64,000 nt of DNA, taken from Malacoraja senta. Taxonomy: Eukaryota. The stretch lies in contig CM075993.1 of assembly GCA_038087875.1 (NCBI GenBank), positions 9,116,001-9,180,000 on the forward strand. Direction: 5' to 3'. Below, in pieces: positions 24,799 through 37,129 of this stretch; the first letter of the stretch is position 1; every line of letters starts with the position of its first letter. The translations under genes and the position numbers were made by a program. Below the pieces are notes generated by a model that had not been told where the DNA came from, did not search any database, and saw only the letters and a program-made list of their open reading frames with translations.

Positions 24799-25722
24799 CC
24801 ACCGGGAGATCAAGTTGGTTAATGCGAACTGAGCAGAGGTGTTGGGCAAAGCGATCGCCAAGCCTGCACTTGGTCTCACTGATGTAGAGAAGTTGACACC
24901 CAGAACAGCGGATGCAATAGATGAGGTTGGGGTATGTGCAGGTGAACCTCTGCCTCACCTGGAAAGACTGCTTGGGTCCTTGAATGGAATCGAGGGGGGA
25001 GGTAAAGCGACAAGTGTAGATTTCCTACAGTTGCAAGGGAAAGTACCAGGGGAGGGGGTGGTTTGGGTGGGAAGGTACGAATTAACCAGGGAGTTACAGA
25101 GGGAGCGGTCTCTGCGGAAAGCCGAAAGGGGAGGAGATGGGAAGATGTGGCCAGTATTGGGATCCCGTTGGAGGTGGCGAAAATGTCGCAGGATTATCTG
25201 CTGGTAGGGTGGAAGGTGACGGCTGGTAGGGTGGAAGGTGAGGACAAGGAGGACTCTGTCCTTGTTACGAGTGGGAGGATGGGGAGTGAGAGCGGAGCTA
25301 CGCAACATCGCTTCGCCCAACACCTCCGCTCAGTTCACATTAACCAACCTGATCTCCCGGTGGCTCAGCACTTCAACTCCCCCTCCCATTCCGAATCCGA
25401 CCTCTCTGTCCTGGTCCTCCTTCATGGCCAGAGTGAGTCCCACTGCAAATTGGAGGAGCAGCACCTCATATTTCGCTTGGGTAGTTTACACCCCAGCGGT
25501 CTGAACATTGACTTCTCCCATTTCAGGTAGTCCTTGCTTTCTCCCTCCTTCCCCTCCCCTTCCCAGCTCTCCCACATCCTACTGTCTCCACCTCTTTCTT
25601 TCTTCTTCCCGCCCCCACCCCCACATCAGTCTGAAGAAGGGTCTCGACACGAAACGTCACCTATTCCTTTGCTCCATAGATGCTGCCTCACCCGCTGAGT
25701 TTCTCCAGCATTTTTGTCTACC
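24799..25722. mobile_element. Penelope-like element with internal inversion (minus 24799-25300, plus 25301-25722)
   Basis: Minus: FTCTYPNLIYCIRCSGCQLLYISETK; plus: [10 protein letters not shown]...[21 protein letters not shown] then pLTR; 22-bp tandem duplication at about 25200-25240. Confidence 0.92.
25627..25662 (+). ncRNA. Minimal hammerhead ribozyme motif in PLE pLTR
   Basis: CTGAAGA-agggtctcgacac-GAAAC-GTC. Confidence 0.65.
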
Positions 25723-26756
25723 TTCCCTATGTATCAAAATAAGCAAATACCAAAACTTCCACCTCTCATTGAAAAGTTGCAGATGATGTCCTAAATCCAA
25801 GGACAGTATAATTAATATAGTTTGTTGACCCTTCAACATCCCTTTCCCATTCTGCCCCCATCCCTTCATACTGGGAGTCTGGGGCAAAGGCAAGGACTAA
25901 TGCCTTCACAAATACTGCCTCAAGTGTGCTTCTGCATCTTGAATGTGTGAAGGGGGTCTGATGATCTTTTACATCCTGTTTTCCCTGGTGCTTTTCTTTC
26001 TATTCCAACTATAGATTATATCATACAGAATTTTGGGGGGGAAAGGTATCAAAAAAAGTCCTCAGTGAAGATGGGAACACTGTTAATCAATTGATTAAGG
26101 AAGTTGGGGAAAACCGAGATGAAAAGCCAAGAACCTTGTGCAATATCTCATGTATGGTATTCGGGTTTTTTAAGGAATGATCTATAATTAACCTAAAACA
26201 GTAGTTTTCCCGTAAGATTTTATCCAAGACTGCCTCCCAAATGTGTTTCCATTTATCACACAGTGACGGCCCTCTTGGTTCGACCTTTAACCTGTTTCTT
26301 AAACAGACTGTCAATACATATTTCTCCAGTCTGCTGAGCCAATAGTTTCTCAGTGCAAAGTACACATCCTGGGCCTAAAATGGTACCCCATAAATCTCAT
26401 GTAGATTGCTCCTAAATTAATTCAGATTCTCTATGTGTCCCTTCGTGAAGCTTGAATTCAATGGGAATTATGAATGGGCTGGGAAATAAACCCTCTAAAT
26501 CAAATCGTTGCATTAACTACTTGACAGACATACAAATCAGGATCCAAGCTTTATATGTGGCCCCTGGGGTTCCAGAGTTTGTACTTAACCTACAGAAGAC
26601 TTGAACAAATGATTTAGTAGGCCAGTGAGGGCTGTGTAGACAGAGCCCGACAGCTGATGACAAATACGGGGCGGCCGGAACGTGAAGTGTAACCAGGGAT
26701 TGCCATCTCCAGTGTGTCAGTATCTCTAAATCCAGAGTAGATCCAGCTAAATATTT

Positions 26757-27930
26757 GTGGAAGTAGTAATTGCAGATGCTGGTTTAAACCGAAGATAGAC
26801 ACAAAAAGCTGGAGTAATTGAGCAGGACAGGCAGCATCTCTGCAGAGAAGGAATGGGTGACGTTTCGGGTTGAGACCTTTCTTCAGACTGGTTAGGGATA
26901 AGGGAAACGAGAGATATAGACGGTGATGTGGAGAGGTAAAGGACAATGTATGACAGATATGCAAAAAAGTAACGATGATAAAGGAAACAGGCCGTTGTAA
27001 GCTGTTGTAGGGTGAAAATGAGAAGCTAGTGTGACTTGGTTAGAGGAGGGATAGAGAGAGAGGGAATGCCGGGGCTACCTGAAGTGAGAGAAGTCAATGT
27101 TCATACCACTGGGCTGCAAGCTGCCCAAGCAAAATATGAGATGCTGTTCCTCCAATTTGCGTTTAGCCTCACTCTGACAATGGAGGAGACCGAGGACAGA
27201 AAGGTCTGTGTAGGAATGGGAAGGAGAATTAAAGTGTCCAGCAATCGGGAGATCAGGTTGGCTCAGGTGGGCTGAGCGAAGGTGTTCCGCGAAACGATCA
27301 TCCAGTCTGCGTTTGGTCTCGCCGATGTATATGTGTCCACATCTTGAACAACGGATACAGTAGATGAGGTTGGAGGAGGTGCAAGTGAACCTCTGCCTAA
27401 CCTGAAAGGACTGTCGGGGTCCCTGGACAGAGTCGAGGGAGGAGCTATAGCTACAGGTGTTGCATCTTCTGCAGTTTTAGGGGAAGGTACCTGGGGAGGG
27501 GGTCATTTGGGTGGGAAGGGATGAGTTAACCATGGAGTTGCGGAGGGAGTGGTCTCTGCGGAAGGCAGAAAGGGGTGGAGATGGGAAAATGTGGCTAGTG
27601 GTGGGATCCCGTTGGAGGTGGCGGAAATATCGGAGGATTATGTGTTGTACGCGATGGCTGATGGGTGGAAGGTAAGGATTAGGGGGACTCTGTCTCTGTT
27701 GCGACTGGGGGTGGGGGGAGCAAGGGTGGAGCGGCGGGGTACCGACGAGACACGAGTGAGGGCCTCATCTGTGATGGGAGAGGGGAACCTCCCTTCCCTA
27801 AAGAATGAGGGCCACTCGGATGTTCTAGTATGGAACACCTCATCTTGGGCACAGATGTGGCGTAGACGGAGGAATTGGGAATAGGGGATAGAGTCTGCCG
27901 GAAGCAGGGTGGGAGGAAATGTAGTCAAAA
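26757..27930 (-). mobile_element. Penelope-like element 3' part
   Basis: DSIPYSQFLRLRHICAQDEVF...RVPLILTFHP; hammerhead core at 26859-26886. Confidence 0.9.
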
Positions 27931-29447
27931 TGTAGTCAAAAGTACAAATTAGCCAGTATGTCGATGTAAAAACAGATACTGAAAGTCGGAAACCAAAAAA
28001 TGCTGGAAACACTCAGCAGGTTGGGCAGCATCTGTGGAAAGAGAAACAGAGTTATCAGTTCAGGTGGATGGATGTATTTTTGATCTATCATCGTGAGGTG
28101 TGTGTGGGTGCAGACATACTTCAGAAATTGAGTCTGGTGCTCAAATGCAGTGGTGAGGGGGAGCCTCTCGAGTAACAGTGTCATCAATGGGCTGAGATGA
28201 TGAACTGCTCAGATAAGTGTAAAATATCCCGTGCACCACTTTGCACGGTATGGGGATTCTCTGAATGTTGTCTCACATTCGCTATGTTTATGTCATGTTC
28301 CCTACATCACAACAGTTTTGAACAACAAGAAACATTTTTGAAGCACTGTGGTGCTGGAAGTTGCTACATAAATCTATTTAACCAGTGGCCATTGCTGCTC
28401 AGAATGGATGGATGGACATTGGGTAAGAACTCCATTGTTGCCCGCCTCCCGTGAACCCCTTGTAATTCTAAAGCCAGGAGAAATGAAATTTCAGGTTCAT
28501 GTGCCAGAAGAATGACTGGTTGGATGAATTATACTGTTCGTGAAAACAGCGACTCAGTAAATGAGAACATTTTGAGGTTGACAGTCAAAAAATAGTGATT
28601 GGAAAACAAACTCGCAGGAAATTGGTCGTCAATCTCAGCAGGATTCATGGCCTGTGATTTGTCAATACTGATAACTGCACCCTAAAATACTAGGCACCAA
28701 TCAACTTGCTTATTAGTAGATACTTATTAAGAAGTATCAGCTACTCTACTTAGTTGATAGTAGATATCAATTATCTTCTTGATACTATTGCAGGTCCACC
28801 ACCAATTTCCAGGCAACTGGTGGTCCGGCACCTCTTTCAATCCAGACAAAATAACGAGAGCACTCTTGAAATCCCCCCCGAAAATGTGGCACCTCGGCCA
28901 ATCTCAACCTCATCGGGACTTCTGTGCTGATAGGCGGGTTAAATTTGCCCCTCGGCAGCCGGGGCTCTGAAACGCTGATCCGGCCGGAGCTAGCAGATCT
29001 GTTTGCATAGCGAGGCAGACTTTGCTGGCCAGGATCTTGGCTCCTCGGCGGCCTAGGCAGACCATTCCAATACCGTTTGATTCCTCTTGGAAGCAATGAC
29101 CTCTGTTGGTCCGGCAAAACGGCTATTCCAGAAAGGCTCTGGACCCAAGTGTGCTGGAAAATCGGTAGTGGATCTGTACCTCGTATCTTGATACTACCCA
29201 GTAGTATCAACTAGAAGGTATCCAGTTTCTGATAGTAATTGATACAAGACATGAACAACTTGCTCAGTCCCGCCGACTATTTGAGGGAATGCGTCAAATT
29301 CTCTCAGATATGTTTACATTGACATTGCCTGGATCACCGTACTTTTGAAAGGTGTTGGGTTTCCAAACACTGTGCTGCAACCAATAAATTTGAATCTCAC
29401 AAGTACCCTCATTAAAAACCACAATGAAGAACTGGGCCTGGGATATA

Positions 29448-31164
29448 CAGTGGCTTGCAAAAGTATACATACCCCTTGAACTTTTCCACATTTTGTCACG
29501 TTACAACCACAAACGTAAATGTATTTTATTGGGATTTTATGTGATAGACCAACACAAAGTGGCGCATAATTGTGAAGTGGAAGGAAAATGATACATGGTT
29601 TTCAAATTTTGCCAGGTTGTGCTCCTTGCCCTGTGTGTAAGGGTAGCCAAGTGGGAATGTATGGAGGTAATAACAAGGTCGCTCACAGGAATAGACATAT
29701 CAACACCATTGCGATCGCTTTCTGCATTCTGTCTGCAAAATTTCTCCACCGGGAGATCAAGTTGGTTAATGCGAACTGAGCAGAGGTGTTGGGCAAAGCG
29801 ATCGCCAAGCCTGCACTTGGTCTCACCGATGTAGAGAAGTTGACACCCAGAACAGCGGATGCAATAGATGAGGTTGGGGTATGTGCAGGTGAACCTCTGC
29901 CTCACCTGGAAAGACTGCTTGGGTCCTTGAATGGAATCGAGGGGGGAGGTAAAGCGACAAGTGTAGATTTCCTACAGTTGCAAGGGAAAGTACCAGGGGA
30001 GGGGGTGGTTTGGGTGGGAAGGTACGAATTAACCAGGGAGTTACAGAGGGAGCGGTCTCTGCGGAAAGCCGAAAGGGGAGGAGATGGGAAGATGTGGCCA
30101 GTATTGGGATCCCGTTGGAGGTGGCGAAAATGTCGCAGGATTATCTGCTGGTAGGGTGGAAGGTGACGGCTGGTAGGGTGGAAGGTGAGGACAAGGAGGA
30201 CTCTGTCCTTGTTACGAGTGGGAGGATGGGGAGTGAGAGCGGAGCTACGCAACATCGCTTCGCCCAACACCTCCGCTCAGTTCACATTAACCAACCTGAT
30301 CTCCCGGTGGCTCAGCACTTCAACTCCCCCTCCCATTCCGAATCCGACCTCTCTGTCCTGGTCCTCCTTCATGGCCAGAGTGAGTCCCACTGCAAATTGG
30401 AGGAGCAGCACCTCATATTTCGCTTGGGTATTGAAAACTAACACTGCACATCACCCTGAACACACTATCCCCACTGTGAAACATGGTGGTGGCAGCATCA
30501 TGCTGTGGGGATGCTTTTCTTCATCAGGGACAGGGAAGCTGGTCAGAGTTGATGGGAAGATGGATGGAGCCAAATACAGGGCAATCTTGGAAGAAAACCT
30601 GTTAGAGTCTGCAAAAGACTTGAGACTGGGGCGGAGGTTCACCTTCCAGCAGGGCAACGACCCTAAACATACAGCCAGAGCTACAATGGAATGGTTTAGA
30701 TCAAAGCATATTCATGTGTTAGAATGGCCCAGTCAAAGTCCAGACCTAAATCCAATTGAGAATCTCTGGCAAGACTTGAAAATTGCTGTTCATAGATGCT
30801 CTCCATCCAATCTGACTGAGCTTGAGTTATTTTGCAAAGAAGAATGGGCAGAAATTTCAGTCTCTAGATGTGCAAAGCTGGTAGAGACATACCCCAAAAG
30901 ACTTGCAGCTGTAATTGCAGCGAAAGGAGGTTCTACAAAGTATTGACTCAGGGGGGCTGAATACTTTTGCACGCCACACTTTTCAGTTTTTTATTTGTAA
31001 AAAAATTTGAAAACCATGTATCATTTTCCTTCCACTTCACAATTATGCACCACTTTGTGTTGGTCTATCACATAAAATCCCAATCAAATACATTTACGTT
31101 TGTGGTTGTAACGTGACAAAATGTGGAAAAGTTCAAGGGGTATGAAAACTTTTGCAAGCCACTG
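29448..31164 (+). mobile_element. Tc1/mariner (IR/DR type) element carrying captured 820-bp genomic segment
   Basis: TA|cagtggcttgcaaaag ... cttttgcaagccactg|TA; about 163-bp TIR match; transposase C-terminal part 30433-30946 ([32 protein letters not shown]). Confidence 0.95.
29611..30430 (+). repeat. Near-identical direct copy of 24664-25483
   Basis: Same length (820 bp); one difference seen (24880 T vs 29827 C). Confidence 0.95.
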
Positions 31165-32329
31165 TATATACTGGTTCTTACCGTTTCTGCCAAGGCTCAA
31201 CATCCCAGGAAATACTGCATCCTCTCCATAGCAGGGAAAGTAAAGTCTGTCACGTTTCCAAACTGCTCTAATTGGATGTGACAGTCTCCAGACAAAAATG
31301 CAGAAAAATAATCAGATCCAAATTAGGAGAATGCTGGCAAAGGAGGCTTTCCTTGTCAGGGATTGTGTGCAGGAAAGATTTGTGACAACTCCAGAATTCC
31401 TCCTTTCTTTGCAAAAGAAACATGTAGATTCTGTCCAGTTTCAGTTCCTGGAAACTTAATTTCCTCCTTTAATTTTTGAATTGTCCAGTCGGCTGTGACA
31501 GTTCACAGAGCTTTCATGTGACGTTTACTTTGAGGTTTACTTTATCTTAGCTGCTTACATAGTTTCTCGCTTCTCGATTGCAAGTAATGGGAAAGCCTCT
31601 GGCACGCTCATATGCTCCTTGTTCAACCATAGTTGGTCACCTGACTTAATGGTACTAAGATACATCCAGTTACAAATTGTATTGGTCCACTACTGATGGC
31701 CCACGGTTCATCATGCACGCCAAAGTTCTCTGCCGCTAGATCTGTCCTCAATCTGTCATATTTAGAACAATGCTGGTGTGACACAAACATCATCTTCACA
31801 AGGACTGTTGTAGTCCTTCCTACCATTACTGTTGCTCTTCCAATAGGCAGAGGGATGAGGACAGGATCCGGCAGGTTTATCCCTTATGGTGTTGAAACCA
31901 GGAACTGCAGATGGTGGTTTATAGAAAAAGACACAAACAGCTGGAGTAACTCAGCGGATCAGGCAGCATCTCAGGAGAATATGGAATATGGAAAGGTGAT
32001 TTCTTTAGACTGAAGAAGGGACCCGACCCCAAAAGTCACCTATCCATGTTCTCCAGAGATGCTGACCGACCTACTGAGATACTCCAGCACTTTGTGTCCT
32101 TTTTTTAATCCCTCATGGTGATTTGATTGCGACCTGCTGTACATCCATTCTATGTCAGAAGCATGTGTAAGAAAGAACTGCTTTCTTACACACTTTCTTA
32201 CAAGGTTTAAATTGAAGGTGGACACAAAATGCTGGAGTAACTCAGCGGGTGGGGCAGCATCTCTGGAGAGAAGGAATGGATGACATTTCGGGTCGAGACC
32301 CTTCTTCAGACTGATGTCAGGGGAGGGGA

Positions 32330-34267
32330 GTAATGGATTAAAAGTATTATATATGAATGCACGAAGTATAAGAAATATAGTGGATGAGCTTGAGGCTCAA
32401 TAAAGGGAGTTTGTGGAGTGCCTCCATGATGCATTCTTAGAGCAGCTTTTACTGGTGCCCGCCAGGGAGAAGGTTATTCTGGATTTAGTGTTGTGTAATG
32501 AACAGGATTTGATAAGGGAACGAGGTAAAGAAGCCTTAGGAAGCAGTGACCATAATATGATAAATTTTAATCTACAATTTGAGAGGGAGAAGGGAAAATC
32601 GGAAGTGTCAGTATTACAGTTGAACAACGGGGACTATGGAACCATGAGGGAGGAGCTGGCCAAAGTTGACTGGAAAGATACCCAAGCAGGGATGACAGTG
32701 GAACAACAATGGCAGGTATTTTTGGGAATAATACAGAAGGTGCAGGATCAGTTCATTTAAAAAGGAAGAAAGATTCCAAGGGGAGTAAGGGGTGACCGTG
32801 GCTGACAAAGGAAGTCAAGGACAGTATAAAAATAAAAGAGAAGAAGTATAACATAGCAAAGATGAGGGTGATGCCAGAGGATTGGGAAACTTTTAAAGAA
32901 CAACAGAAGATAACTAAAAAAGGCAATAGGGGGAGAAAAGATGAGGTACAAAGGTAAGCTAGCCAAGAATATAAAGGAGGATAGTAAAAGCTTCTTTAGA
33001 TAAGTGAAGAGGGAAAAATTAGTTAAGAGCGAAGTTGGACCCTTGAAGATTGAAACAGGTGAATTTATTATGGGGAACAAGGAAATGGCAGACGAGTTGA
33101 ACAGGAACTTTGGATCCGTCTTCACTAAGGAAGACACAAACAATTTCCCTGATGTACTCCCCTTCTCAGCTCTCCCTCCGCCCTCTGGCTCCACCTCTTC
33201 CTTTCTTCCTCCCACCCCCCCTCACCCTCACATCATTCTGAAGGGTTTCGACCCAAAATGTTGCCTATTTCCTTCGCTCCATAGATGCTGCCTCATCCGC
33301 TGAGTTTCTCCAGCATTTATGTTTATCCCTGATGTACTAGTGGCCAGAGGATCTAGGGTGATTGAGGAACTGAAGGAAACTCACATTAGGCAGGAAATGG
33401 TGCTGGGTAGACTGATGGGACTGAAGGCTGATAAATCCCTAGGGCCTGATGGTCTGCATCCCAGGGTACTTAAGGTAGTGGCTCTAGAAATCATGGACGC
33501 ATTGGTGATCATTTTCCAATGTTCTATAGATTCAGGATCAATTCCTGTGGATTGGAGGGTAGCTAATGTTATCCCACTTTTCAAGAAAGGCGGGAGAGAG
33601 AAAACATGGAATTATAGACCAGTTGGCCTGACATGTTGGCCTTCATAACAAGAGGAGTAGAGTATCGGGGCAAAGAGGTCCTTCTGCAGTTGTACGGGGC
33701 CCTAGTGAGCACACCTGGAGTATTCTGTGCAGTTTTGGTCTCCAAATTTGAGGAAGGACATTCTTGCTATTGAGGGAGTGCAGCGTAGGTTCACGAGGTT
33801 AATTCCCGGGATGGCGGGACTGTCATATGTTGATAGATCAGAGCAGCTGGGCTTGTATACTCTGGAGTTGATAAGGATGAGAGGGAATCTTATTGAAACA
33901 TAAAAGATTATTAAGGGATTGGACACGCTAGAGGCAGGAAACATGTTCCCGATGTTGGGCGATTTCAGAACCAGGGGCCACAGTTTAAGAATAAGGGGTA
34001 GGCCATTTAGAACGGAGATGAGGAAACACTTTTTTACCCAGAGAGTTGTGAATCTGTGGAATTCTCTGCCTCAGAAGGCAGTGGAGGCCAATTCTCTGGA
34101 TGCTTACAAGAGATAGTCAGATAGAGCTCTTAAAGATAGCGGAGTCAGGGGGTATGGTGAGAAGGCAGTAACGGGGTACTGAATGTGAATGATCAGCCAC
34201 GATCACAGTGAATGGCGATGCTGGCTCCAAGGGCCGAATGGCCTACTGCTGCACCTATTGTCTATTG
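32330..34267 (+). mobile_element. CR1 LINE with internal deletions, inserted in a PLE palindrome
   Basis: ILDLVLCNE...LGSSDHNMI (APE end), KSLGPDGLHPRVLK, NYRPVGLT, RIRGRPFRTEMRK; (ctattg) tail. Confidence 0.92.
33159..33325 (+). mobile_element. PLE terminal fragment inserted in CR1
   Basis: 13-bp TSD tccctgatgtact at 33146-33158 and 33326-33338. Confidence 0.88.
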
Positions 34268-34307
34268 ACATAGGTCTTACTGTCTCCGCCTACATTCTAT
34301 CTTTGTT

Positions 34308-35767
34308 TTGTTTATTTTATTAGAAGTTAATACAATACAAAACAATACAGTGGCACATAATTTTAGGTGCCAACTATGTCATAACGTAATGCATTCTATG
34401 TACAATCTCTAGTTTTATGTTTTTGAAAAGGAGGTAAAAAATAAAAAATAAAAGAAAGAGAAAAAAAAAAAAAAATAGAGAAAAGAAAGAGGAAAAATAA
34501 ATAGTAGAAAATAGAAAAACATGAAGTGTGTATATAAGAAAAGAAAAAATAGAAAGTAGAAATAGAAAAAGACCCTTAAAAAAGAAATTTTCAAATCTTT
34601 GTTTGGAGATGTAAATCTATCCACGACCTGACCTGAAATCAGTAATCTTTACTGTACTGCTGCATCACATGATTCCAAAAAGTCGATGAAAGGGGACCAA
34701 CTCCTTAAGAATTGGTCATATTTATCTATTAGGCGGAGTCTCATTTCTTCAAGGTGTGCTATGTCTGTCATATTCCTAATCCACATTTTAATAGTTGGTA
34801 TAGCTGTATTTTTCCAAAATTTAAGTATCAATTTCTTTCCAATTATTAACCCATAATTAAAGAATACTTTTTGGTCTTTGTTTAAATTGCTATCTTCTAA
34901 TATTATTCCAAATATAATCCATTCCATATTAGGTTCTATTCTTGAGATTAGAGATTAGAGATTCCTTTATTTGTCATTCAGACCTTGCGGTCTGAACGAA
35001 ATTTCGTTGCCTGCAGTCATACATATAATAATAAATGACAAAACACACAATAAACACAAATTAACATCCATCACAGTGAGTTCACCAGGTACCTCCTCAC
35101 TGTGATGGAGGCAAAAGTCTTAAAGTCTCTGTCTCTTCCCGCTTTCTTCTCCCTCTGCGCTGAGGCGATCCAGGCTTCTGATGCTGTGACCCCGCCGGGC
35201 GACGGTAAGCCAGTCCAGCGGCCGAATCCGTGCTCCGCGACGGGCCGGCTCAAACTCCGCGGCTCGGGGTGGTCGAAGCTGCCGAAGCTGCCGCCCTCCA
35301 GTCCAGCGGACGCAGCTGTAGTTGCGGGAGCCCCAGAAAAACAGGTCACCGACCTGTGACCTGCGCGCTCCCGACGATGTCGTCCACTGGGCCCGCGGCC
35401 GAGCCTCCGGATTCAGGTCGCCACCAGTGTCCTCGGTCGCCACCGCCGGAACGCCACCGCAGCTCCGAAGCCGGCCAGCCTCGCGCTCCCGAAGATGTCG
35501 TCCACTGGGCCAGCTGCGGCCGAGCCTCCGGATTCAGGTCGCCACCAGTGTCCTCGGTCGCGGGACTTGAAGAGCTTTGTAAATATATCAAATATATCGC
35601 TCCAAAATGTATTCAACTTTGTACATCCCACAAATAAATGTGTTATATTGGCATTTTGAAACAAACATTTATCGCATCTGGGAGAGACATTTGGGTAAAT
35701 TTTATTCAACCTTGTTTTTGAATAATATAGTCTATGTAATAATTTAAATTGAATTAAATTATGTCTT
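34308..35767 (-). mobile_element. L1-clade LINE 3' fragment (CCHC region), interrupted
   Basis: RCDKCLFQNANITHLFVGC...FW; LILKFWK..IPTIKMW; A-rich 3' UTR; 20-bp TSD gcctacattctatctttgtt at 34288-34307 and 35768-35787. Confidence 0.9.
34946..35565 (-). mobile_element. GC-rich non-autonomous retroelement inserted in L1 ORF2
   Basis: Splits KLFKS|RIEPNMEW; shares 3' region with 61966-62600; (tctaatc)n tail. Confidence 0.8.
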
Positions 35768-36679
35768 GCCTACATTCTATCTTTGTTCCGCCCGTTCCCC
35801 TGACATCAGTCTAAAGAAGGGTCTCGACCCGAAACGTCGCCCATTCCTTCTCTCCATAGATGCTGCCTCACCCGCTGAGTTACTCCAGCATTTTGTGTCT
35901 ACCTATGTCAGAAGCCACTCATAGTGATCAACATCAAATTTCCCACCCAGAGGACACTCTGTCTTTGCTACTTTCAGAACCTGGTCCAGTTGTCATTGGG
36001 CATGGGGTTTCACTGACTCATCAGCTGTGAGCTAATGCTTGAGATCATGAAGCCACGAGACACTGCTCCTTGTTTGTTGACCAGTCCGTGAGATAGTTCA
36101 GATTTTTTTTTGCGGATTGACGGGTTGATTTGCAAACGTGCAATGGTTGTCTAGTTCTGTTTTTATTCTGTGTTAACGGAGAAGTTTGGTCAGACTCAGT
36201 GGCTTGCGGGTCATTCCAGAGGACAGATAAGTGTCAACCACCATACTGTGGGTCTGGAGTCTCATGACGGTCAAACCAGCAAAAGCTGGCAAACGGCCTT
36301 CGCTGAAATCATTTTGTGGTCAACATTACTTGTACGATGGCTTAAAAAAAAATCTGATTATTTATTTAATCAGCTGCTATGATGAGACTTGAACTCGTGT
36401 TTCCGGATTATTAGCCAGGGTTGTAATTTAAACATTGTGCTACCATTTTCATTCAAAGATTATCGTTCATATTACCATGACTGGAAATTTTAATCAGTCC
36501 CAGACTCAGAGTCATACAGCACGGAGCAGGCCCTTTGGCCCAGTATGTTCATGAAGCCGTCCTGTACCCTACTACACCAATCCCATGTAACAGCTCTTGC
36601 TTCAAGGTCAAGATCCACGGGTGGGGCAGTGGTCGAGTCGCTGTTTTACAGCACCAGAGACTCGGGTTCGATATTGACT

Positions 36680-37110
36680 ACGGGTGCTGTAGTGGAACTG
36701 AAACATCCCACTCTACTGCACTCTCGCCTGTACAATCACACCCTTCCTGTGGTGTGGAGAACAGAACTGCATATGATACTATAATTTTGGCATTGTTTAC
36801 CATAACCTAAACCTTGTTTACCATAACATTGTTTACCATAACCTGTCTAAAGAGGGCAAGTATTCTATATGCCTTCTTCACCATATTGTCTAGCTGTAAT
36901 GCCACCTTCAGGGATCTTTGTTCTTGTACACCAAGAGCCTGGTGTTCTTCAATACTCCCTAGGACCCTAACATTTAAAGTCTATATCCTACTCATATTTG
37001 TCCTCCCAAAGTGCATCACCTCACACTTATCAGGATTAAGTTCCATCTGCCACAGTTCTACCCATTTTATCAAACACATCAATGTCATTCTGTTACCTAA
37101 GACCACTCTC
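36680..37110 (-). mobile_element. Old CR1 fragment
   Basis: cccaaagtgcatcacctcacactt (KCEVMHFG on the minus strand). Confidence 0.7.
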
Positions 37111-37129
37111 TCTACTACCAACACCAATA

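Noticed and set aside
34415..34624. Phe-rich ORF
   Set aside because: Low-complexity 3' UTR of the L1 fragment
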